Made by a program: the position numbers and the translations under genes. 64,000 bases of DNA from Ignavibacteriota bacterium. GTDB taxonomy: Bacteria; Bacteroidota; Ignavibacteria; Palsa-1295. The stretch covers positions 627,077 through 691,076 of the forward strand of contig CAVTNP010000004.1 of assembly GCA_963736195.1 (NCBI GenBank). Direction: 5' to 3'. Within the stretch, counting starts at the first letter, position 1. Each line of letters starts with the position of its first letter. This document shows, piece after piece, positions 30,401 to 38,066 of the stretch. The notes under the pieces were generated by a model. It saw only the letters and a list, made by a program, of their open reading frames with translations. It searched no databases and was not told where the DNA came from.

Positions 30401-32273
30401 CGATGCTCCTCCAACTTCCGCAGCGATACTCCTTGAAAACACCTCAGCAAACGTTACGAGCAATACTATTGAGGACAATGGGTATTCAGTGGGGATTGGT
30501 GCTGTATCAGATGATCCCGGACATGGCTATAACACGCCTTTCACTTCCTCGCTCATTTGCAGTAATACTATTAGCGGACTGTCAAATCCGGGGTCGAGTG
30601 GCGGCGTCAACGAAGAACTGGGAATGTTTACTGCTGACTTCAATGGATTTGTCCAGAACAACACAATCACAGGTTGTGATAATGGGTACAGCGCGGGCGG
30701 GAACGGAAATGGAACAGGTGGAAATACCCCCACGCATTTCATCTGCAATACACTTTCTGGAAATCGCCATATTACTATTGATGTTAACGACTACGCCACT
30801 CTGGATATGTCAGGAATTCATAGCAACAATCCCAGTAGCTATGATTATCCAGGTTTCAACAACATATCAGGGCCTTCTACATGGATTGGACCCGATAACT
30901 ATTACAACGAGGTAAAATTGATACTCATCAGCCAATACTCAGGTGGGGATTTGGGCACAATTAATCTATCCAATTCCTTAAAAACATGGAATTGGGGTAC
31001 AAATAGTATAGGAACCTATTTTTACGGTTGCAACAGCATAACAGCAAGTAATCAAACCTCGGGCGTAAATCAGCCATTGATAGAGTACGACGGGTCGTCG
31101 AACATGGAAATCCGAAGTGTTGATTGGAATTACTTTGGCTATGGAATCGATCCGTCAAACGGTTCCAATCCGTGTAGCTCGGACCCATTCTGTTTGATAC
31201 CCACTCCCTGTTATACATCTAGCCCTTATTCTTGGCCCGCAAGTAGTGGTGTGACAAATGCCCTGAGGATCTCCTATTGCGCCACGCCAAACGCTACCGC
31301 ACCTGAATCCGCAACAGCATTACCACCCTGGGCTTCTGATTGTCAAAATTGGGTTGATTATCTGAATAATGGAACAAAGAAAAAGAGAATTGAACCTTTG
31401 GAGTCTGAGGACACAATAGTTCATGACTGTAGTTGGCTACTAAATTACGGGGTAAACGCAAATAGTTTTGATCAATATCAGGAAAGCTATGACACGCTCA
31501 TGAAATGCGTCGATAGCTGCGCTCAAGACCCAGAAACGGCTGGAGCATTTGGCCCAATGACAGATGATGTCGAGAATTTACTTCAACCAGCTAATTATAA
31601 TCAAGACTCGGCAATTTGGGCTCAATACCGGGCCTGGCTCTACAACGTGCTCTACCTGAACACCACAGATCCATCATATTTTTGTGCATGCGTTGGTCAA
31701 ATCTTTGGCTCTTTCGGTTACGCTATTGATGACACATCGGACCAGCAAGGTTTTATAGCCGATAATGAAAGCGTTGCATTCATGAGATGGGCACTTCTTA
31801 ACACAAATTGCGATTCCTCTTCGGAATGGGATAATTGGCAACACGTACGCAGGGAACAATTCCAAATGTGGTTACAAGATTCTCTCGATGGGATACATTA
31901 CCCGTTCGATACGACCATCCCAACGCTATCGCAAATAGGTTATGGCCTCGATACGCTGCTGGCAAAACATGCCTTTTATGCCAGCGTGAGCGAAACGCCA
32001 CAGCCGGGCATTATCTCCAACGCCGCCGCCTATCCCAACCCCACAGGCGAGGGAACGGTAATCTCGTTCGGCATCAGCAAAGAGGCGTATGTGAAGATCG
32101 AGCTATTCGATGTGCTCGGGCATGAAGTTGGCTCGGCTGGTTTCGAAAGCCTGTTCGAGCCGGGGAATAAATCGGTTCCCTTATCGCTGGCAGGGCTGCC
32201 ATCGGGCACCTACTTCGCGCGCATCCAAACCGCCTACGGCGAAGCGCAATCCGTTAAATTGGTGAAGCAATAG
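27438..32273 (+). CDS. Very large secreted protein with probable right-handed beta-helix region and T9SS C-terminal domain
   Basis: ORF open from 27270, probable start ATG 27438; signal peptide; Asn/Gly-rich repeats (SNTIED, NNTITG, CNTLSG); Cys-rich; C-terminal AYPNP...GLPSGTYF...KLVKQ. Confidence 0.85.
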   Translation: MKNSAHSSQLTAHSSQHHSPRTHKRVAIMLALVLACTISTGGMRAQMNAEYKFRQQSVVNGTAYDANGDPVPVLSMDCLAANGYGQWAFSSTPGQGSYGGISGANEFPAGWYLLENGMYAPSVGWKPMDAVHHPYCIPPGVVQSGPLSGGALPTELEVTANLDGTEDYVWPDRTTSGATFVVNQFTTNDVDISLAFLSNPTPWTSLSNPGNMMVVTNPIHNASPEIPTSTSCGCSGPTCDHNVVTTSPYQDEFQITCDARFLYIVWCSSSNLCAAPTSEVWATVVYRATLTTVSGWPKELGNGLKPTVACDPRNNRTSNSPAFEAAWLRLSPSPNIRRVSCVAGALGTPYSLATTYVNPSLITMNYSGVSHARILVSSAPGVSPTTALYAIVQDEMGQNALVFYESANSTTAPANYVDGVLEPPDPSMVSLALTPGPVVDNFITAFANPYDYLDNHSGLDLPDQFHCVYQMTTPPTYSNPLQIVQGCDNNTFGVADTRLILNQSGSALLGDPTKYVAAVNQMGIHVHWLSNDGGGTHYYARDTGRAFDEPIEENTLVTNRCTVANGTSHGGTVGATVTRGSQVTVWSDPNYGPPGVSGSNFYGLYSPIDLTTVNKFVGTLNFAGSNVKLTVGGDTYFDDDCDCQIPFPASLSVMPFIDFYFNNAGQGVTIEPNCSFDYWGLIATHGSTTTIASPFNTNPYSPSTSTIDLEGSSPGYPAYLNVHGGSDFFLGVYTNLIENNSVTNVFDEAPMYPTTNGTPNSPTATGHMTLWAYATLSNSTIYGNATNPTSTYPGNDVILTSYGTFSATTGGVSNNTNTGLSTIQFGDYNGNGFTSATITDGLFSAANIHALNGACTTTLSVEGSSFDQLRNYGILAEGQTTGDPAQNTRPIVTISGNYFLGFAPNAASEVYPYPNLESGLGPQSSLFGIWLRNFAHIPESDVDCDLEPGPYIPWNKIDVELNQFQETGNFNDTLVNNLSLGSALFMDFDAPPTSAAILLENTSANVTSNTIEDNGYSVGIGAVSDDPGHGYNTPFTSSLICSNTISGLSNPGSSGGVNEELGMFTADFNGFVQNNTITGCDNGYSAGGNGNGTGGNTPTHFICNTLSGNRHITIDVNDYATLDMSGIHSNNPSSYDYPGFNNISGPSTWIGPDNYYNEVKLILISQYSGGDLGTINLSNSLKTWNWGTNSIGTYFYGCNSITASNQTSGVNQPLIEYDGSSNMEIRSVDWNYFGYGIDPSNGSNPCSSDPFCLIPTPCYTSSPYSWPASSGVTNALRISYCATPNATAPESATALPPWASDCQNWVDYLNNGTKKKRIEPLESEDTIVHDCSWLLNYGVNANSFDQYQESYDTLMKCVDSCAQDPETAGAFGPMTDDVENLLQPANYNQDSAIWAQYRAWLYNVLYLNTTDPSYFCACVGQIFGSFGYAIDDTSDQQGFIADNESVAFMRWALLNTNCDSSSEWDNWQHVRREQFQMWLQDSLDGIHYPFDTTIPTLSQIGYGLDTLLAKHAFYASVSETPQPGIISNAAAYPNPTGEGTVISFGISKEAYVKIELFDVLGHEVGSAGFESLFEPGNKSVPLSLAGLPSGTYFARIQTAYGEAQSVKLVKQ
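27448..27482 (+). repeat. Heptamer tandem repeat (CAGCTCA)x4 plus one imperfect copy
   Basis: Direct reading of 27448-27482, just after the probable start codon. Confidence 0.9.
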
Positions 32274-32328
32274 AGATTTGCTCATTAGATGAACTCAGTT
32301 ACCACTATTATTGTAGTTAACAGTGGAA

Positions 32329-32940
32329 GGCCCTTCGAGGAAGATACTACGGGTGATCGATCGTTTCGCATGATCGATCATTCGAGATGAGCGATCATCT
32401 ACCGCAAGGCCTCCGGAGCACAACGAAAAAAGAACCAACAGTGAGCCATAGGGCGCTTGACGCTTGATTCCAACGACAGGCCCCGCTCCGCTATCGTAAG
32501 TTCGTGGATTATTTGCAATGAGCTAACCGCGCGTGTTCTTAGTTTAGGCGCGCACTCCTCGTGTATAACCAGCGATTTTACGGTAGCGGAGAACTCCGAT
32601 ACGCCGCGAGCGAGACCGTCGTTCGCAGCCGATGTAACGGGTCGTCACACGCTTCGATCTATCGAAGCAATGTGCCGGTTCTAAGCATCCGCAGGCTGAG
32701 GGACAGGGGAAGCCAGCGGTCTTTCGTGGACATAGAAATCCACACAAGGCAGGTGCCCGCTGATACTTGGGATATTACGGTTCTTTATTCCCTTGTACAG
32801 GGATGCCGTCACGAATATTGTTAAGATATTCGCCGGTATCTCGCCGGTGGAACTCACTGGCATGCCGCAGCGATTGCGCCATGTTCCGTTCCACCGGTCT
32901 CCGGAGCAAACTTTGGGGGACGTTTCTTCCTCGCAGGGCC
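32329..32940 (+). ncRNA. Candidate large structured non-coding RNA (~612 nt), family not recognised
   Basis: Ends pair (32329-32344 with 32925-32940, 15/16 bp); at least 10 internal helices; GNRA loops GCGA and GCAA; G-U wobbles on the + strand; no credible ORF. Confidence 0.7.
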
Positions 32941-32969
32941 GTCCTTTAGGCTAATTTAAAAAATGAAGT

Positions 32970-33995
32970 ATGAACGATGAAATGAGAACACGAATAATTC
33001 TATTCATCCTTCATGCTTCATTTTTTTTCGTGGTGTTTTCTTTGCAAAGCTTTGTGCGCGCGCAACCCGCTTCAAAGAAGCGATCAGCCGCAAAACCTGC
33101 AGAATTCAACTCTTCGCCTCGGTATTACCGACTCACCGGTTTGGGTAGTTCGCCTGGCGACAGCTCAAATAACTTCCCACACCCCACCGTCGTTCTAAGA
33201 GCATTAGATACTTCCAGCGTGAACATTCTTGTTCGATTTCCTGAACTTGGAATACTTGGCATCAAGGAAGATACTGTTCGTGTGCCAACGTTCAAAACTC
33301 ATGACAGCCTCATCGGCTACAAATCTCGCGAGCCGATGTATTTTCTTACGTACCCTAAAACGAAATATTTTCTATTTATCGATGTTTGGTCGAAAAATGC
33401 AGGGTCGAATGGCCATTTGACCCTGCTGGATTCTCGTCCTTTCGAGTACGATATGAACACTCAAGCATATCGCAAGGCGCGGTTCTCCTATGAACACGCA
33501 CCCACAACTGGCATGGGCAGCCCTACTTTGCGGCGCACTTTTCAACCGAAACTCTTGCCGTTTTCTCTTGGTACTAATCCAGGATGGGGCGCAACGGAAA
33601 AGCTTGATTCGAGTATGACGTATGCGCTTGTTTTTCATGATCCAACCCAGCCTGGGAAGCTCGATTTGTCATTGACCCTTCGGCCGGCAAACGTTGGCAC
33701 GGTCGATTCAGCAATGTGGAGCACGTTCAAAGCCAAAGCTGAAATTTCTTTTGGAGAGCATGGAGTTGCTACAAGCGCGATAGGATCGTTCGATGTTGCG
33801 GACACCTCAACGCGACATGTCATCAAAGCTGGCTATGAATTTATTTCGAGAAATGTCGATAGCTCGCTCGATTATGTTGCTGCATTCCTCACGCCGCGCG
33901 CCATACTGCTGCTGCTCGCGCCGATAGATCAGCCTAACCAGCAATTGCAGATCACCTATTTCGAGGGCATTGCGAGAAGCTTGAAACTGGACTGA
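32970..33995 (+). CDS. Hypothetical exported protein
   Basis: 341-aa ORF with signal peptide (VRAQ). Confidence 0.75.
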   Translation: MNDEMRTRIILFILHASFFFVVFSLQSFVRAQPASKKRSAAKPAEFNSSPRYYRLTGLGSSPGDSSNNFPHPTVVLRALDTSSVNILVRFPELGILGIKEDTVRVPTFKTHDSLIGYKSREPMYFLTYPKTKYFLFIDVWSKNAGSNGHLTLLDSRPFEYDMNTQAYRKARFSYEHAPTTGMGSPTLRRTFQPKLLPFSLGTNPGWGATEKLDSSMTYALVFHDPTQPGKLDLSLTLRPANVGTVDSAMWSTFKAKAEISFGEHGVATSAIGSFDVADTSTRHVIKAGYEFISRNVDSSLDYVAAFLTPRAILLLLAPIDQPNQQLQITYFEGIARSLKLD

Positions 33996-34130
33996 GATTC
34001 TTGGGATTTTTATGGGGATTTATGGGATGTTTTTCAATGACATTCAGAGCGAGCAAGACGTAGCAAGCTTCGTCTGCGATGCGGCGGAGTTTTTGCACAA
34101 TTGAAGAATCTGCGGAAGTTAGAACGTACT

Positions 34131-34613
34131 ATGCTATTCAAAAGAACTTTCATCACCTTAGCTGCGATGATTCTATCAGGGCGGGCATCGGCCCAAGCCC
34201 CAAACCCCTTTGACATGCACGGCTTGCGTCCCGGAATGATCACGCGAGAGATCATCCTTCACTCCCAGGCGCCGATCGATACCCTGCTTTGGGGCGGATC
34301 GGATGGCCAGTGCGTTTACGGATTCAAGGGAATCTATCTTGGCGATACCGGAAAATTTAAGATCGAAACTACCGGCCAAACGATTACGCGCATTACCTTT
34401 AATGCTAAACAGCGAACCGTGGAGCATAACGGAGCTGCGTACCGCCGCGCGATGCAAGCCATCACCAAGATGCTCGGTAAACCATATCAGGATTACCACA
34501 ACAAATACCGCATCGTAACCTGGTATGTCGGCAACGAGCAACTCGTCCTCACCACCGCCGACGGCGGCAAGTTTTTTAGCGTAGCGCTGACGGGTGGTGA
34601 GCACTCGAAATGA
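34131..34613 (+). CDS. Hypothetical exported protein
   Basis: Signal peptide MLFKRTFITLAAMILSGRASAQ. Confidence 0.75.
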   Translation: MLFKRTFITLAAMILSGRASAQAPNPFDMHGLRPGMITREIILHSQAPIDTLLWGGSDGQCVYGFKGIYLGDTGKFKIETTGQTITRITFNAKQRTVEHNGAAYRRAMQAITKMLGKPYQDYHNKYRIVTWYVGNEQLVLTTADGGKFFSVALTGGEHSK

Positions 34614-34769
34614 ATGGTTGCCCATTTGTCTGAGTGACAATGAAAATATTTTTTTTACAAATTCATAATTCATGATTTTGCGTTTCTGAACCAATTTGCC
34701 ACATTTTTTGCAACAACTATTCATCAAAAAGGCACCTATTTCCCTAAGAAATTTACTTTGCCCATCCCA

Positions 34770-34874
34770 ATTGTCAATGAACTCCTCCCCTTTCATAATT
34801 CATACTTCATAATTTCCCCAATAGGTGCCCATCAAAGCAAATGCTAATATACGCAATGAAATGGACAATGTCAA
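34770..34874 (-). promoter_or_regulatory. sigma70-like promoter plus boxA-like motif (copy C)
   Basis: Minus strand TTGACA(34874-34869)-17 nt-TATATT; ATGGGCACCTAT; GTTCATTGACAAT (34782-34770). Confidence 0.7.
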
Positions 34875-34919
34875 GTGTTTCCGAAAAAATAATTGTCTGA
34901 AACGTGATTTATTGGGTTA

Positions 34920-35228
34920 CTAAGTATAAGGAGCCTTCTTGAAGCTTTGAGTCCAAATATCGTAGAGCAAAATCTCTAAGCCGTCAGGAGCATCACGCCC
35001 GTAGTATTCTATCTCCATTCTAGCACGAATGGCAGCATTAACAATCCCGATAGGATCACTATAGAGAAGATAGATCATATAGGAATTGTCCAAATCCTTC
35101 CCTACTAATTCGAGCGGGTCAGATTTTTTGAGCCTTTCAATTATGAAGGTTGTAAATTGATTATCTTCTTTAGTTAATCCGCCTTCTCTTCTAAAAGAGA
35201 CTTCGAAACCGAATATCAAATCTTCCAT
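34920..35228 (-). CDS. Hypothetical protein (AT-rich segment)
   Basis: 102-aa ORF with ATG start, protein-like composition. Confidence 0.5.
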   Translation of the reverse strand: MEDLIFGFEVSFRREGGLTKEDNQFTTFIIERLKKSDPLELVGKDLDNSYMIYLLYSDPIGIVNAAIRARMEIEYYGRDAPDGLEILLYDIWTQSFKKAPYT

Positions 35229-35311
35229 AAGTTAAGCGTGTTTAGAATTTAAGAGAACACGTTCTTCAACCGAAAAAATTCAAAAAGCTTTGGTAAGGCC
35301 GATAAAGGTTC

Positions 35312-35623
35312 CTACATGAAACTCACTATTTCCCCTCGCACAATTTTTAATATGTCACGCGGATCAATTAGTGAGGGAGACTTGAGCTCTTCGAGAATAT
35401 CGTAGATACTACGCATCTCATCAGTCATGATTTCATACACCCCCTCGAAAATCGGAGGCTGATTACCGTCCGTGAAATTATTAGCGAGGTACATGCGCAT
35501 TTGATCTCCGTGGCTACGCTCACGATCAAGAAGCTCCCTGCCGGGGAAGGGATGATATATCACAAATGTGCGTTTCATAAATAAGCGATTTCTAATTTTC
35601 ACTGAAAGATTTAACGGCTCCAA
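35312..35623 (-). CDS. Hypothetical protein (AT-rich segment)
   Basis: 103-aa ORF, same strand as its neighbour. Confidence 0.45.
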   Translation of the reverse strand: MEPLNLSVKIRNRLFMKRTFVIYHPFPGRELLDRERSHGDQMRMYLANNFTDGNQPPIFEGVYEIMTDEMRSIYDILEELKSPSLIDPRDILKIVRGEIVSFM

Positions 35624-35690
35624 TAGCGCGGCAGTTCCGTGTAAAAAGAGACGCTTCCGTTATCTTTTCAAGTAACAAAGCAACTAACCC

Positions 35691-37778
35691 ATGATACGGA
35701 AACTAATTTTCATACTATTAATTGCGCTCTCTTTCGCAACGAACGTGAACGCACAATGGGCGCAGACGAATGGGCCTTATGGAGGTGCCGTTACGTGTTT
35801 CGCCACGATCGGAACCAGTCTTTTTGCAGGTACTGCCGACGGCGTTTACCTTTCGACTGATAGTGGTAAAACCTGGACTTGGTCGGGAAGCGGCTTGCCG
35901 AATACCAGTTATGGTGGTGTCACTGCGCTTGCAGTGATTGGAACAAATCTCTTCGCCGGTATCGACGGCGTCGTTTTTCTATCATCCGACAAGGGCGTAA
36001 GCTGGACTTCCGCTAGTACTGGCTTAACGTACTCTTCTATCTTTGCGCTTGCGGCGATTGGAACGAATCTCTTTGCAGTCGAGCAGGACGACGGCATTTT
36101 TCGCTCTACCAATAACGGTGCAACTTGGTTTGCGGCGAACAGTGGATTGCCATCTAACCCTACCGTCACGTCCTTCGCGGCGATAGGCTCTGATCTCTTT
36201 GCAGATATTGACTACGGTGGAGGAGTTTACTTCTCTGCTAACAACGGCACAAGCTGGATTCGGGCAAGTACTGGCCTACCAGGCGGATATGCAAATGCGT
36301 TTGCGGAGATCGGCACGCACCTATTTGCCGGGACTTATGACAGCGGAGTTTATCTCTCTACAAACAATGGCTTTACCTGGACGGCCTCTAGCTTGTCAAA
36401 TACTGGTGTCGGTGCTTTTGCGGTGTTTGATTCGGTTCTTTATGCAGGTACTTCAACCCGCGTTTTTTCGTCTTCGGACAACGGCGAAAGCTGGACATTA
36501 TGCTCAAATTTTCCGGGGCTACCTTTGGTATGGGGCGTAAATCTTTTTGTGTATGAAAGCGGAGACGTATTTCTATCGACCGACAAAGGCACAAGCTGGT
36601 CTGAGGCTCCAAGTAAAGGTTTGGCCAGTACTAATGTAAGTGACCTTGAAGTAATTGGCACGAATATTTTTGCGTCATACGACTATGGCATTTCTTCAAC
36701 GGCAGATTATGGCACAAGTTGGACAACCCCGAGCCTCGGACTGACGAGAGGAGGAGCCCTTGCAGCAATTGGCACGAATATTTTTGTGGGGACAGACCAA
36801 GGCGTGTTTCTTTCTACCGACTACGGTGCAAGCTTTTTTTCTGTGAGTAATGGCCTCACGAATGAAGATGTCACAGCGTTTGTGGCGAGCGGTGATGACT
36901 TATTTGCGGGCACCGAAGGTAGCTTCGGTGCCGATATTTTTCTTTCTACCAACAACGGATCAAGCTGGAACGCTATCGATTCCGTGTTTGCCGGCGGCAG
37001 TAGTACGACCGTCAATTCTTTGGCGGTGATTGGCGCAAATATTTTCGCTGGCATTAGTATAGTGTATGGCTATAGCGGCATTTTTCTATCAAGCAATAAT
37101 GGGATGAACTGGGCTGAGCCCGCTGATTCGGGTCTGTCAAGATCACCTTATATACTTGCCGTTTTTGGAGGGAATCTTCTTGCCGTGAATAGTTATTCCG
37201 GCGACAGCGTTTTCCTATCTTCTAATAACGGCACAAGCTGGACTTTAGCGAATGAAGGTTTACCGAAGACTGGTTCTATCAATTGCTTTGCATTTATTGG
37301 AACGAATGCCTTTGCTGGAACTGACAGCGGTGTTTTTCTTTCAACCAACAATGGCACAAGCTGGACGGCTGTCAACTCTGGTATTAGGGATTCTAATATT
37401 CTTTCTCTGGCTGTTAGCGGTACGTATCTTTATGCTGGAACTGCATATAGTGGCGTTTGGCAGAGACCACTGTCCGAAATGATCGGCAACAGTTCTGTTA
37501 AAGACCAAGCACCAGCTGGGACTTCCATTTCCGCCTACCCCAACCCCCTCTCCCAATCCACCACCATTCGCTTTACCTCGCCGGAGAGCGGTGTGGCGCG
37601 CGTTACGGTTGTGAACCTTCTTGGTGAAGAAGTTGCGCGGGTGTTCGAGGGCGCGCTTACTTCCGGCGAACACAGCTTCCTGTGGAGCAAACCTCCAGGA
37701 TTGCCCAATGGCATGTACGAGTGCGTTGTGCAGATGAACGGGAGCGTTCAGCAGGTACCGATGGTGATTACGCAGTAA
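35691..37778 (+). CDS. Beta-propeller (BNR/Asp-box repeat) secreted protein with T9SS C-terminal domain
   Basis: Repeated LFAGT..GVFLSTNNGTSW motifs; signal peptide; C-terminal AYPNP...GMY domain. Confidence 0.9.
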   Translation: MIRKLIFILLIALSFATNVNAQWAQTNGPYGGAVTCFATIGTSLFAGTADGVYLSTDSGKTWTWSGSGLPNTSYGGVTALAVIGTNLFAGIDGVVFLSSDKGVSWTSASTGLTYSSIFALAAIGTNLFAVEQDDGIFRSTNNGATWFAANSGLPSNPTVTSFAAIGSDLFADIDYGGGVYFSANNGTSWIRASTGLPGGYANAFAEIGTHLFAGTYDSGVYLSTNNGFTWTASSLSNTGVGAFAVFDSVLYAGTSTRVFSSSDNGESWTLCSNFPGLPLVWGVNLFVYESGDVFLSTDKGTSWSEAPSKGLASTNVSDLEVIGTNIFASYDYGISSTADYGTSWTTPSLGLTRGGALAAIGTNIFVGTDQGVFLSTDYGASFFSVSNGLTNEDVTAFVASGDDLFAGTEGSFGADIFLSTNNGSSWNAIDSVFAGGSSTTVNSLAVIGANIFAGISIVYGYSGIFLSSNNGMNWAEPADSGLSRSPYILAVFGGNLLAVNSYSGDSVFLSSNNGTSWTLANEGLPKTGSINCFAFIGTNAFAGTDSGVFLSTNNGTSWTAVNSGIRDSNILSLAVSGTYLYAGTAYSGVWQRPLSEMIGNSSVKDQAPAGTSISAYPNPLSQSTTIRFTSPESGVARVTVVNLLGEEVARVFEGALTSGEHSFLWSKPPGLPNGMYECVVQMNGSVQQVPMVITQ

Positions 37779-37785
37779 AATTCTA

Positions 37786-38015
37786 AGCCGCGAAGCGGCG
37801 GAGTACTCGCAGCCCAGCATGGAGCGAAGCGGAATGCTGGGTAAGGATTGCAATGATAATTTGGGAGTCCTGAAAGGACGGAGTAATCCTCGACGGCAAA
37901 CATCGCCCTTTCAGGGCTGTGATGCTATTGGCTCTTGTTTACCCAGGGTTCCGCTCGCATCGTGGGCGATGCTTGCTCCACCCTGGGCTATCGGGTACTT
38001 CGTGCCTCCGGCACT
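37786..38015. mobile_element. Non-autonomous REP-arm element related to the ends of the 8853-9512 element
   Basis: GGAGTACTCGCAGCCCAG left arm, GTCCTGAAAGGAC and GCCCTTTCAGGGC hairpins, right arm ending GTGCCTCCGGCAC; no transposase inside. Confidence 0.7.
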
Positions 38016-38066
38016 GAAAAAAACATCGCGGGCACTTTGGGAGCATCGCTTGCGTAGTGTGCTGCG

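Noticed and set aside
32329-32940. tmRNA, RNase P RNA, 6S RNA or self-splicing intron
   Set aside because: No tRNA-like GGGG../..CCA ends, no GAGGAAAGUCC motif, too long and branched for 6S, no group II domain V or group I core recognised, and not interrupting a gene.
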